From positions 32,001-96,000 of the forward strand of contig JBFJCP010000001.1 in NCBI GenBank assembly GCA_041615815.1: a stretch of DNA of 64,000 nucleotides, given 5' to 3'. A program made the position numbers and the translations under genes. Source of the stretch: Gemmatimonadales bacterium. Its GTDB lineage: Bacteria > Gemmatimonadota > Gemmatimonadetes > Gemmatimonadales > GWC2-71-9. Under the pieces are notes generated by a model. That model made no database searches and was not told the origin of the DNA. It saw only the letters and a list, made by a program, of their open reading frames with translations. Below, one piece after another: positions 49,111 through 59,919 of the stretch (position 1 is its first letter; each line of letters starts with the position of its first letter).

Positions 49111-50886
49111 GTGGCCGCGACGGCGATGCGTACGCACCGCTGTGGGGCTCTCCGGGCGTCCCACGTCGGCGCCACCGTCCGATTGGGCGGGTGGGTGCAC
49201 CGCATACGGAATCTGGGCGGGCTCGTCTTCTTCGACCTCCGCGACCGCGAGGGCATCGTACAAGTGGCGTTTGGCCCGGACTGGGCCACCGCCGCGGTGC
49301 TCGCCCAGGCTGGTGACGTCAGCCCCGAATCCGTCGTGGTGGTGCAAGGGGTGGTGCAGGCTCGGCCTGCCGACGCGCGCAACCCGGAGATGAAGACGGG
49401 GGAGGTCGAGGTGCGGGCATCCACGCTCGACGTGGTGGGGCCAGCTGAGCCTGCGGCATTGCCCATCCCGGTGTGGCGGGCCAAGGGTGAGGACCTACCG
49501 GCGGAGGAGCATCGGCTCGAGCATCGCCATTTGGACCTCAGGCGTCCGGAACTGCAGCGCAACTTCGAGCTCCGACACCGCCTCTTGCAGCGGGCTCGGC
49601 ACGCACTCAGCGCCCTCGACTTCTTCGAGGTCGAAACGCCGATCCTGACCAAGCCGACGCCGGAAGGCGCCCGGGATTACCTCGTGCCGTCGCGGGTCCA
49701 CCGCGGACAGTTTTACGCGCTTCCCCAGTCGCCCCAGATCTACAAGCAGATTCTCATGATGTCGGGGTTCGACCGATATTTTCAGATTGCGCGATGCTTT
49801 CGGGATGAAGACTTGCGAGCGGATCGGCAGCCAGAGTTCACGCAGATCGATCTCGAGGCGTCGTTCGTGACGTGCGACGACGTGTATCACGTGATCGAAG
49901 CGGTGTTCGTGCATCTGTGGGACGAGGCGGGTCACACCATTGCGGCGCCGTTCGAACGCCTCTCGTACCGCGACGCGATGGAGCGCTTTGGCACCGACAA
50001 GCCCGATCTCCGTTTTCCCCTCGAGCTCGAGGACCTCGGCGACGTGCTGGGTGGGAGAGGCTTTCGGGCGTTTGATGCCGTGCTTGGCGATGGCGGCCGG
50101 GTACGCGGCCTCAAGGTTCCCGGGGGCGCGGGGCTCTCACGAAAGGAGATCGATACCCTTACGGCGGCGGCGAAGGCGGCCGGCGCCGGCGGACTCGCCA
50201 CGCTCAAGCGCAAGGGCGAGGCTCTGTCAGGACCGCTTGCGAGTCTCGACGGCATGAGTGCCGAGCTGGTGGGTCTCGAAGATGGGGCGCTCCTCCTCGC
50301 CACGGCGGGTGCCGACGCCGTCACTTCGGCGGCGCTCGATCGTGTGCGCCTCGCTGTCATTCGGCGTCTGCGCCTGCCCCCGAGCCGCTCCCATGCATTT
50401 TGCTGGATCGCGGACTTCCCTCTGTTCGAGCACGACGCCGCAGCGGGCCAATGGATGTTCGCGCACCATCCGTTCACCGCGCCGCATCCAGACGATGTCA
50501 CCCGTGTGCTGCAGGGGGATGTGGAGGGGGTGCGGGCGCTGCACTACGACCTGGTGTACAACGGCAACGAGCTGGGAAGCGGGTCGATCCGGATCACCAA
50601 CGCGGACCTGCAGTTGCACATCTTGGGGCTTCTCGGGATGCCGGAGGCCGACGCCCATCGACGGTTCGGTTTTCTCCTCCGCGCGCTCCGGGCTGGCGCC
50701 CCCCCGCATGGCGGCTTCGCGGTGGGATTTGATCGTGTCGCGATGCTGCTGGCGGGCGCCTCGAGCCTGCGGGACGTCATCGCCTTTCCCAAGACGACCG
50801 CGGCCCGCGCGCTGTTCGAGGATGCGCCGGCACCGCTGGATCCCGCGGAACTTCGCGAGCTCGCGCTCAGGGTCGACGCGTCGTGA
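49111..50886 (+). CDS. aspS: Aspartate--tRNA ligase
   Basis: RTHRCG, TPEGARDYLVPSR, LPQSPQ, FRDEDLRADRQPEF, PPHGG, DVIAFPKT. Confidence 0.97.
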   Translation: MAATAMRTHRCGALRASHVGATVRLGGWVHRIRNLGGLVFFDLRDREGIVQVAFGPDWATAAVLAQAGDVSPESVVVVQGVVQARPADARNPEMKTGEVEVRASTLDVVGPAEPAALPIPVWRAKGEDLPAEEHRLEHRHLDLRRPELQRNFELRHRLLQRARHALSALDFFEVETPILTKPTPEGARDYLVPSRVHRGQFYALPQSPQIYKQILMMSGFDRYFQIARCFRDEDLRADRQPEFTQIDLEASFVTCDDVYHVIEAVFVHLWDEAGHTIAAPFERLSYRDAMERFGTDKPDLRFPLELEDLGDVLGGRGFRAFDAVLGDGGRVRGLKVPGGAGLSRKEIDTLTAAAKAAGAGGLATLKRKGEALSGPLASLDGMSAELVGLEDGALLLATAGADAVTSAALDRVRLAVIRRLRLPPSRSHAFCWIADFPLFEHDAAAGQWMFAHHPFTAPHPDDVTRVLQGDVEGVRALHYDLVYNGNELGSGSIRITNADLQLHILGLLGMPEADAHRRFGFLLRALRAGAPPHGGFAVGFDRVAMLLAGASSLRDVIAFPKTTAARALFEDAPAPLDPAELRELALRVDAS

Positions 50887-51836
50887 AGTCCGGGGACGTG
50901 ACGCACCGCCTGTCCGCCGAGGGGGCTGACCCTCTCGCGCTCGCCGGCGTCAACGATGGGAACCTGCTGGAGCTCGAGCGCGCCACGGGTGTGCGGGCGT
51001 CGTTGCGCGGCGACCAAGTCACGATCGCCGGAGGTCTCGAAGCCGTCGAGCGCGCCACGCGCGTGGCGGCTGCCATGATCGACCTGGCGCGCATTGGCGA
51101 GGCCGTGAGCCCGGAGCAAGTCCGCCAATTGGCGGATGAGGATGGGGAGGGTCTAATCGTCAATGGGGACCCGGATCTCAAAATCGTGTTGCCCGGCATC
51201 CGCCGCGCGATTCAACCGCGCAGCGCAGGACAGCGCGAGTACCTCCGAGCACTCCGCGACAACGACATCGTCATCGGCATCGGTCCCGCGGGTACAGGTA
51301 AGACGTACCTGGCCGTGGCGGCGGGTGCGGAAGCGTTGGCCCGCAAGCGGGTCCGACGATTGGTCTTGGCACGCCCGGCCGTCGAAGCTGGAGAGCGCCT
51401 GGGATTCCTCCCGGGTGACATGCAGGCGAAGGTGGATCCCTATCTCCGTCCGCTCTACGACGCGCTCGAAGACATGATGCCGTTCGATCGCATCCAGAAG
51501 GCGCTGGAGACCCGCACGATCGAGATCGCACCGCTGGCGTACATGCGAGGGCGGACCCTCGCGGACGCGTTTGTGATCCTTGACGAGGCGCAGAACGTCA
51601 CCGGGATGCAGATGAAAATGTTTCTGACGCGCCTCGGGTTGAATTCCCGCGCCGTGATCGTCGGCGACAAGACGCAGATCGACCTGCCCCTCAGAGAGGA
51701 GTCCGGACTGATCCAGGTGGAGCGCATCCTCCCGGGCATCGACGGCGTGGCGTTTTGCTATCTGGACGAACGCGACGTCGTGCGACATCGCCTCGTACGG
51801 GAGATCGTGCGCGCGTACGCGGAGGATCAAAGCTGA
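50883..51836 (+). CDS. PhoH-family ATPase (YbeZ-like)
   Basis: GPAGTGKT, RPAVEAGERLGFLPG, APLAYMRGRT, LDEAQN, VVRH. Confidence 0.95.
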   Translation: MKSGDVTHRLSAEGADPLALAGVNDGNLLELERATGVRASLRGDQVTIAGGLEAVERATRVAAAMIDLARIGEAVSPEQVRQLADEDGEGLIVNGDPDLKIVLPGIRRAIQPRSAGQREYLRALRDNDIVIGIGPAGTGKTYLAVAAGAEALARKRVRRLVLARPAVEAGERLGFLPGDMQAKVDPYLRPLYDALEDMMPFDRIQKALETRTIEIAPLAYMRGRTLADAFVILDEAQNVTGMQMKMFLTRLGLNSRAVIVGDKTQIDLPLREESGLIQVERILPGIDGVAFCYLDERDVVRHRLVREIVRAYAEDQS

Positions 51837-54043
51837 TGAACCCCGCGGATCGCCGCTCGCTGCAGCTCGATCTCGAACCAAGCAAGCTCCCTCGAGCGGT
51901 GGCATATCACGGCGCCCGGTGGGGCCTGTTGCTCGGTTTGGCGCTGCTCACGTACGTGTTGTTCCCCGTCGCCGGCGGGTTTGACGTGCCCCTGCCCGCG
52001 GTGGGAGAGGTGGCCCCGACCGAGGTTATTGCGCCCTTCGACCTCATCGTTCGAAAATCATCCACCGAGCTCGAACGCGAGCGCGCCACGTTGGCCGCCA
52101 CGGTGCCCCCGGTATACGACTACCAGGCCGCGATTCGGGACTCGGTGTTGGCCCGGACCGATGCGCTGTTTGCCGCATTGGATAGTGCCCGGACCCCGGA
52201 TGCGCTGACCGCGGCTGCCCAAGGCTTCGGGATTCGCCTGAACTCGGACGAATCCCAGTATCTGACGGCCCCGAACCGGCTCGCGCGCTTCCGCAGCGCG
52301 GTCCGCACCACGCTCCGGCGCGAGCTGAGCCGAGGCGTGCCGGCGACGGGGACGGTGGAGTCCGAGCAACACACCACGATCGTGGTACGCCGGGGCGATA
52401 GTGAACGGGTCATCGCCCGCGACTCGATCCGAAGCTATCAAGGGTTCCTGGAGAGCGGGGCGCAGCAACACCCCGACCCGAACTCGACGGTGGGGAACGG
52501 GCTCTATGTGAAACTCCTCGCCGGGCTGTTTCAGCCCACCCTCGCGCCGAACGTCGCGCTCACGAATCAGCTTCGGGCCGACCTCCAGGCCAGCGTGGAC
52601 TCGGTGAAGGATCGGGTGCGGGCGAACGAGCGCATCGTGGATGCCAACGAGCTGGTCACGCCTCAGATCCGGGATCGGCTCCTCGCGTTGCGCGGGGAAC
52701 AGTTGCAGCGGGGTGGCGGGGCTGAGCGCAGCTTCCTGGGCATTGTGGCCCAGGTCCTCACCAATGCGCTGATTCTCGCGGCGTTCTGGCTCTTGCTGAT
52801 GCTGTACCGGGCGCACACGTACGCGAATCTGCGGCACATGTCCGTGTTCGCGGTCCTGTTCGCCATCGCGATTGCCGGCGCGTGGTTCAATCGCGGGCTG
52901 ATCTCGGAAGCCCCAGAGCTCATCCCTATTCCATTTGCGGCGATGCTCATCACCGTGCTGTTCAGCGGGCGGGTAGCGATCGTCGCGGCGCTGGTGCTCG
53001 CGATCTTGATTGGGACGCAGGCCGTGTACGAGGGGGCGGACGCACTGTTTGTCGCGTTCGTGGGAGGCGTGTCCGCCGCGCTCGGTGTCCGCGTGATCAG
53101 GCGCCGGACACAGCTCTTGGTCTCCGTGGCTGTGGTGGCGGGCGCCTATCTGTTGGCGGACGTGGTGGTGGGGCTGCGCAGCGGGGTTGCGGTGGCCGAT
53201 ATCGGTCTGAACGTGTTCGCAGGCGGGATGAACGCCCTGGTGTCCGGGGCGCTCGTCCTGATCGGCCTCCCGATCTTCGAGTCGATGGCCAAAGTCACCA
53301 CGGACCTGACGCTGCTGGAGCTCTCGGATCCGAGTCGCCCGTTGCTCCGCCGCTTGGCCACCGAGGCGCCCGGCACGTACGCCCATTCCATCGCCATGGC
53401 GAACCTGTGCGAGGCCGCGTGTAACGCCATTGGGGCCGACGGGCTCCTCGCACGGGTCGGGTGCTACTACCACGATGTGGGAAAGCTCAAGAAGCCGCAG
53501 TTCTTCGTCGAGAATCAGCTCCCGGGCAGTAACCCCCACGATAAGCTGAAGCCGGACGTGTCCGCCGCGATCATCCGCAATCACGTCCGGGAGGGTTTGG
53601 CCCTCGCGGACGACCACAAGCTGCCCAACGCCGTCAAGTCATTCATCCCGGAACATCACGGGACGATGGAGATCAGCTATTTCCTGGACCGGGCACGCGC
53701 CCGCAACTCCGGACCCGAGATCAAGCCCGAGGAGTATCGGTATCCAGGCCCGCGACCCCAATCGGTGGAAACGGCCGTGACGATGCTCGCCGATGGGGTC
53801 GAGGCGGCGGTCCGGGTACTCGACGATCCTACCCCTGAAAAGGTCAGCGAAGCCATCGATCACATCGTTCAGCGACGCATCCAAGCGGGCCAGCTCGACG
53901 ATGCCCCCATCACCCTGTCCCAGCTCAATCGGACCAAACAAGAGTTCGCGCGCGTGTTGGGCGGGGTGTATCACAACCGCATCGACTACCCAAGCTCCGT
54001 CGGTGGGATCTCGGCAGACTGGCAGCCAGCGTCCACCGCATGA
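51836..54043 (+). CDS. 7TM-HD phosphohydrolase (PgpH-like)
   Basis: Large extracytoplasmic domain, 7TM region, APGTYAHS, YYHDVGK, FFVENQ, EHHGT, YRYPGP, MLAD. Confidence 0.92.
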   Translation: MNPADRRSLQLDLEPSKLPRAVAYHGARWGLLLGLALLTYVLFPVAGGFDVPLPAVGEVAPTEVIAPFDLIVRKSSTELERERATLAATVPPVYDYQAAIRDSVLARTDALFAALDSARTPDALTAAAQGFGIRLNSDESQYLTAPNRLARFRSAVRTTLRRELSRGVPATGTVESEQHTTIVVRRGDSERVIARDSIRSYQGFLESGAQQHPDPNSTVGNGLYVKLLAGLFQPTLAPNVALTNQLRADLQASVDSVKDRVRANERIVDANELVTPQIRDRLLALRGEQLQRGGGAERSFLGIVAQVLTNALILAAFWLLLMLYRAHTYANLRHMSVFAVLFAIAIAGAWFNRGLISEAPELIPIPFAAMLITVLFSGRVAIVAALVLAILIGTQAVYEGADALFVAFVGGVSAALGVRVIRRRTQLLVSVAVVAGAYLLADVVVGLRSGVAVADIGLNVFAGGMNALVSGALVLIGLPIFESMAKVTTDLTLLELSDPSRPLLRRLATEAPGTYAHSIAMANLCEAACNAIGADGLLARVGCYYHDVGKLKKPQFFVENQLPGSNPHDKLKPDVSAAIIRNHVREGLALADDHKLPNAVKSFIPEHHGTMEISYFLDRARARNSGPEIKPEEYRYPGPRPQSVETAVTMLADGVEAAVRVLDDPTPEKVSEAIDHIVQRRIQAGQLDDAPITLSQLNRTKQEFARVLGGVYHNRIDYPSSVGGISADWQPASTA

Positions 54044-54467
54044 GATCCGGATTGCGGATCCCGATGGGCTGGCACCGGTGGCCCCGGCGAGCGTGCGGCG
54101 CGCCGTGCGCGCCGTGCTGCATGGCGAGGGCGTGGCCGCAGCGGCCATGAGTGTCACGTTTCTCAATGGTCGCAGGATGCGGGGGCTCAATCGGCGCACC
54201 TTCGGCCGGGACTGCGCGACGGATGTCATCGCCCTGCAGCTCGCCCACCCCGGAATGGCGGTCGGTGATATCTACATCTGTCCGTCCGTCGCTCGCCGCC
54301 GGCGCGAGCGTGGCGTCGAGGAGCGAGAAGAGATCATTCGGTTGGTGGTCCACGGAACACTGCATGCCCTGGGGTACGAGCATCCCGAGCGCGGCGATCG
54401 GGCGCGGTCGACCATGTGGCAGCGCCAGGAGCGATACGTTCAGTCGCTCGTTGCTCCACGGCAATGA
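54003..54467 (+). CDS. ybeY: rRNA maturation endoribonuclease YbeY
   Basis: LNR..TDVI, GDIYI, HGTLHALGYEH; start uncertain (GTG 54003 or 54078). Confidence 0.92.
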   Translation: MGSRQTGSQRPPHEIRIADPDGLAPVAPASVRRAVRAVLHGEGVAAAAMSVTFLNGRRMRGLNRRTFGRDCATDVIALQLAHPGMAVGDIYICPSVARRRRERGVEEREEIIRLVVHGTLHALGYEHPERGDRARSTMWQRQERYVQSLVAPRQ

Positions 54468-55657
54468 GTGAGAGCGGTGTGACCGTCTTGTTGCTTGGCG
54501 TGGGGGCTGCCAGCGCGGTGTGGGTGGCCCTCTTGGTCCTGGCGGAGGAGGCACCCACCAGTCGGAGCCTTCATGGCCGGGGCCACACCGGCCCGTTCCG
54601 CACCGCGCCGATCGCCCGCTTGACCCTCCTCTTGATTGGCGGACTGTGCGCCGCCGCGGCGGTCGAGTGGTGGCAGCGCCCCCCCATGGAGGCCGCGGTC
54701 AGCGTCCTCTTGGCCACGGGATCGCTGTTCCTGCTGGCCGAGGGAATCCCGCGGGCGTTGGGTATTCTGATGCCCGGTCTGGCCGCAACGATCGTTCGCG
54801 TCGTCGAGCACACCCTCCCACCCTTCACCCTGCTGGCCGCTTTGCTGAAGCGCGTCGAACGACGCATGGGGCGTCTGCTGCCGCCGGCGCCGCGGGAGCG
54901 CAGTGCGTTCGGCCTGGGGCAGCGGGACATGCTGCTGGGCCTGCTGTCGCTGCGTGACCGGACGGTCGATGAGGCGATGACGCCCAGACTCGACATCGTA
55001 GCCCTCGACACCAAGGCGAGTGCACGGGAAGTCGTCGACCTGCTCCGGCGTACGGAACACGCTCGCATCCCGATCTACGGCGAGGATCTCGACAACATCA
55101 TCGGCGTGCTTTACGCCAAAGACCTGACGCCGGCCGCAGCCGGGATCGCCGACCCTCCGGCCAACTGGCACGAGCTCGTGCGCCCGCCGCAGTTCGTACC
55201 GGAGTCGAAGTCGCTGGCGGCACAGCTGCGAGAGTTCCAGCAGGGCCCGTCCCATCTGGCGATCGTGGTGGACGAGTTCGGCGGTACCTCGGGCCTCGTG
55301 ACGCTCGAGGACATCTTGGAAGAAGTCGTGGGAGAGATCTACGACGAGTCCGATGTGGATGAAGAGCCCGCCATCGAGCAAGAGGGCACGGATCGGTTCT
55401 GGGTGGATGGACGCCTCACCCTGGACGACCTGGAAGCGCGACTCGGCGCTGCGTTCGGAGATGAGGACATCGCAACGGTAGGGGGTCTGGTATACGCCGA
55501 GCTGGGACGCGTGCCGCAGCCGGGTGAGGAGCTCAGAATCGGTGAGTTTCGCGTCGTGGTGGAGCAGGTGGTGCGACGACGTGTGCGCCGGGTCTACTTC
55601 GAGCGGTTGGGGGCCGATGTGCACGTCGAAGCCGCGTCTGAGGACGAGGGTCGATGA
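54464..55657 (+). CDS. CNNM/CorC (hemolysin-family) protein with a CBS pair and CorC domain
   Basis: EGIPR, MTPRLDI, ARIPIY, AIVVDEFGGTSGLVTLEDILEEVVGEI, TVGG. Confidence 0.9.
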   Translation: MSESGVTVLLLGVGAASAVWVALLVLAEEAPTSRSLHGRGHTGPFRTAPIARLTLLLIGGLCAAAAVEWWQRPPMEAAVSVLLATGSLFLLAEGIPRALGILMPGLAATIVRVVEHTLPPFTLLAALLKRVERRMGRLLPPAPRERSAFGLGQRDMLLGLLSLRDRTVDEAMTPRLDIVALDTKASAREVVDLLRRTEHARIPIYGEDLDNIIGVLYAKDLTPAAAGIADPPANWHELVRPPQFVPESKSLAAQLREFQQGPSHLAIVVDEFGGTSGLVTLEDILEEVVGEIYDESDVDEEPAIEQEGTDRFWVDGRLTLDDLEARLGAAFGDEDIATVGGLVYAELGRVPQPGEELRIGEFRVVVEQVVRRRVRRVYFERLGADVHVEAASEDEGR

Positions 55658-56841
55658 TGGTGTGGGCGTTGATCGTCGTGGGAAGCTTCATCGCCGCCCT
55701 CGGCATGACCCTCGCCGTGGGGGCCGGGACGGTGAGCCGGGTCGAGCTGTACCGCTGGATCTCCACTCGGCTTCCACAAGCCGGCGCGGCCGGTGCCCTG
55801 CTCACTGTGCCGGCGCGTCTCGTCGGATCCGCCAATGGGATAGCCGCGGTGGGAACGATCCTCGCGGCTTTCGGCGTCATGGCCCTGGTGGCCCCCCTCC
55901 CCGTCTGGATCGGCACGGTCACCATTCTCGTGATCGTGGTTCCGCTCATGGGGTCGCTCACGTATGCGATCCCGCGTGCCGTGGGTCAACGCTGGGCAGA
56001 GGAGATCGTAAAGGCCGCGGTCCCGTGGCTCAACCGTCTCTCCACCATCGTGGCGCCGTTCACCCCCGGGGGTCGGGATGGACGGCCGCGCGCGGCGTTG
56101 GCTGCCGTACTCGAGTCGGACGAGGAGGCGCTCGGGACGCACGAGCTCGTGCCCGTACTCTTAGGAGTGTTGAGCTTTACGGAACGTCCGGTGCGCGAGA
56201 TCATGACCCCGCGCACCGAGATCGTGGCCGTTCGCGAGGGCGCGGCGTTGGAGGAGGTCGGACAAATCTTCGCCGAGTCCGGATACTCGCGCATTCCGGT
56301 CTACCGCGAGACCCTCGACAACATCGTGGGGATGATCTACGCCCTCGATCTCCTCAGGGTCCTGCCCGCCGAGGAGCTTCCGGTGCGGCCCGTCACGGTG
56401 GCGCCGGCGTCCAAGCGGTGTGCAGATCTGCTGTTCGAGATGCAACGCGATCGCCGACACCTCGCCGTGGTCCTCGACGAGTTCGGCGGCACGGCCGGCA
56501 TCGCGACGTTTCAGGACCTCTTGGAGGAGCTCGTGGCTGAGGTGTTTGCCGATACCGATGCCCGCGCTGGCGCCGCCTCCGCCGCCGTGGAGATCGTGGA
56601 GGTCACCGGGACCACGCCCTGCGACGAGCTGTCTGCCCAGTTTGGGGTCGCCCTGCCGGCCGATGCCGAAACGGTGGGCGGGCTCTTAGCGCGGGCCGCC
56701 GGCCGTATTCCCCAGACCGGCGAGCGTTACGTGGTGGCCGGTCTGGAATTCGACGTCTTACAGGCCACGCCCACGCGGGTGGAGCGTATTGTGGTCCGGC
56801 GCAGCCCGGTCCCCTTGGCCTATTTGGGAGGCGCTCCGTGA
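55654..56841 (+). CDS. Second CNNM/CorC-family CBS protein
   Basis: MTPRTEI, YSRIPVY, VVLDEFGGTAG, ETVGG. Confidence 0.9.
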   Translation: MMVWALIVVGSFIAALGMTLAVGAGTVSRVELYRWISTRLPQAGAAGALLTVPARLVGSANGIAAVGTILAAFGVMALVAPLPVWIGTVTILVIVVPLMGSLTYAIPRAVGQRWAEEIVKAAVPWLNRLSTIVAPFTPGGRDGRPRAALAAVLESDEEALGTHELVPVLLGVLSFTERPVREIMTPRTEIVAVREGAALEEVGQIFAESGYSRIPVYRETLDNIVGMIYALDLLRVLPAEELPVRPVTVAPASKRCADLLFEMQRDRRHLAVVLDEFGGTAGIATFQDLLEELVAEVFADTDARAGAASAAVEIVEVTGTTPCDELSAQFGVALPADAETVGGLLARAAGRIPQTGERYVVAGLEFDVLQATPTRVERIVVRRSPVPLAYLGGAP

Positions 56842-57491
56842 GCACCGTTGGCCGCCGGTTTCGCCGGTATTTCTTCGTGGGCTTGGTCGTGATCGCGCCC
56901 GTCGGGCTCACAATCTTCGTCCTCCGGTGGATCTTCGAGACGCTCGACGCCATCCTCGGCAATCCACTTCGGGCTGCCCTTGGCGTGCGCATCCCCGGGC
57001 TTGGCTTCGTCCTCCTCACCGTTTTCGTCGTGATCGTGGGGTGGATCGTGCACCGGGCCGCCGGCCGTCAACTGCTCCACTGGTGGAACGAGGCGCTCGT
57101 CCGTTTCCCGCTCACCGGTCGCATATACAACGCCGTCAGCCAGATCATCCAGTCGATGGTGGGGGAGCAGCGGAAGCTCTTTCGCCGCACGGTGCTGATT
57201 CCGTATCCCACCGAGGGACTCTGGGCGATCGCGTTCGTGACCAACGAAGACGCCCCCATGATGTCGCGCATCGTGGGTGAACCCTGCCTCAACGTGTTCG
57301 TCCCATCCACGCCGAACCCGACCACCGGGTTCATGCTCGTCGTGCCGCGCACGCGCGTCCGCGACACAGCCATCACGGTGGAGGATGCGATGAAGCTCAT
57401 TCTCTCAGGTGGAGCCGTGAGTCCGAGCGAAACCCCTTCGGTGCGCCAGCGCCGGGGTCTCGACCTCGATTCCCTCTTGCGAGACAACTGA
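56838..57491 (+). CDS. DUF502 family membrane protein
   Basis: FFVGLVVIAP, IPGLG, VLIPYP, VFVPSTPNPTTGF. Confidence 0.88.
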   Translation: MSTVGRRFRRYFFVGLVVIAPVGLTIFVLRWIFETLDAILGNPLRAALGVRIPGLGFVLLTVFVVIVGWIVHRAAGRQLLHWWNEALVRFPLTGRIYNAVSQIIQSMVGEQRKLFRRTVLIPYPTEGLWAIAFVTNEDAPMMSRIVGEPCLNVFVPSTPNPTTGFMLVVPRTRVRDTAITVEDAMKLILSGGAVSPSETPSVRQRRGLDLDSLLRDN

Positions 57492-58840
57492 TGGTGGACC
57501 CGGTGACACCGGATTACGCGGAACTCCGGCATCTCGCCGAAGCCGGTGAGATCGGGCAGTTCCTCGCGGCGGCAAGAGGGCTTCACGCGTCGGACCTGTC
57601 CGACGTGCTCGCGAGGCTCGAGCCCGACGTCCGACTCCGCATCGTTCGGGAGCTCCCCCCGGAGCTGGTCTCGGACGCGCTGGCCGAGATGGAGGAGGAA
57701 GAGCATCCGGAAGAAGTGCTGGCGGCACTGCTTCCCGACCAAGCGGCCCACATCGTGGAGGAGTTGGAGGTCGACGACGCCGTCGACCTGATCGGGGATC
57801 TGCCACCGGAGAGCGTCGCGCCGATCCTGAGCCGGGTGGCCGATCGAGCCGAGATCGAGCGACTGCTCGGTTACGACGAGGACACGGCGGGCGGCCGGAT
57901 GAACGCAGCGGTCCTCGCGGTGGAGGAGTCGGCGACGGCGCAGGAGGCCATTGACGAGATCCGGCGCCAGGCCGAGGAGATCGGCGAGTTCTACCAAGTG
58001 TACTGCGTCGACGATCGCTTTCGGCTCGTCGGAGTCCTCCCGCTGCAACGAGTGGTCATTGCGCCACCATCCACACGCGTCAAGGCACTGATGGAGGCAC
58101 CGGTGGCCGTCGCCACACCGGACCAAGACCAGGAAGAGGTCGCACGCCTCATGGGCCGATACAACGTGCCGGCCCTCCCGGTGGTGAGCGCCGACGGGAA
58201 ACTGATTGGGCGCGTCACCTTCGACGATGTGATGGACGTCGTGGAAGCCGAGACGACCGAAGACATCTTGAAGTTCGGTGGCGTGCCGGGCGACGAGCAG
58301 TTGGGTGGCGACTGGCGTCAGGCTGTCCGCAGTCGGCTGCCATGGCTCTCGCTCAACATGTTCACCGCATTCCTCGGTGCCGTGGTGGTGTATTTCTTTC
58401 AGCATGCCATTGAAGGGGTGCTCGCGCTCGCCATGCTGATGCCGGTGATCGCCGGCCTGGGTGGAAACGCCGGTACGCAGGCGCTCGCCGTGACGGTGCG
58501 CCGAATTGCCGTGGGCGGAATCGCGCCGGGACAGGGATGGCGTCTCGTCGGAAAGGAACTCGTGGTCGGCTTGGTGAACGGGTTTGCCGTGGGCGTGATG
58601 GTGGCCGCCGTGACCGGCTTGGTGGGGCTCGGGTGGGAGTTGGGACTCGTGGTGTTGCTGGCAATGTGGGGGAATCTGATTCTGGCAACCTTCTTTGGCG
58701 CCACCGTTCCCCTCATCCTCGAGCGTCTGGGCGCAGACCCGGCGGTCGCAAGCTCGACCTTCGTGACGGCGTTCACGGACGTCTTTGGATTCCTGCTGCT
58801 GCTCGGACTCGCCGCGGCGGTGCTATTACCGGTCGGGTAG
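57491..58840 (+). CDS. mgtE: Magnesium transporter MgtE
   Basis: MgtE-N, YDEDTAGG, CBS pair, RLPWL, GGNAGTQ, DPAVAS..VTAFTD. Confidence 0.96.
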   Translation: MVDPVTPDYAELRHLAEAGEIGQFLAAARGLHASDLSDVLARLEPDVRLRIVRELPPELVSDALAEMEEEEHPEEVLAALLPDQAAHIVEELEVDDAVDLIGDLPPESVAPILSRVADRAEIERLLGYDEDTAGGRMNAAVLAVEESATAQEAIDEIRRQAEEIGEFYQVYCVDDRFRLVGVLPLQRVVIAPPSTRVKALMEAPVAVATPDQDQEEVARLMGRYNVPALPVVSADGKLIGRVTFDDVMDVVEAETTEDILKFGGVPGDEQLGGDWRQAVRSRLPWLSLNMFTAFLGAVVVYFFQHAIEGVLALAMLMPVIAGLGGNAGTQALAVTVRRIAVGGIAPGQGWRLVGKELVVGLVNGFAVGVMVAAVTGLVGLGWELGLVVLLAMWGNLILATFFGATVPLILERLGADPAVASSTFVTAFTDVFGFLLLLGLAAAVLLPVG

Positions 58841-58869
58841 GGGACCGTCGGGTTGCCAGAAGGCTAGGT

Positions 58870-59908
<1,039 letters not shown>

Positions 59909-59919
<11 letters not shown>

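Noticed and set aside
58841..58869. Cobalamin riboswitch ahead of the mutase cluster
   Set aside because: The gap is only 29 nt and contains no B12-box
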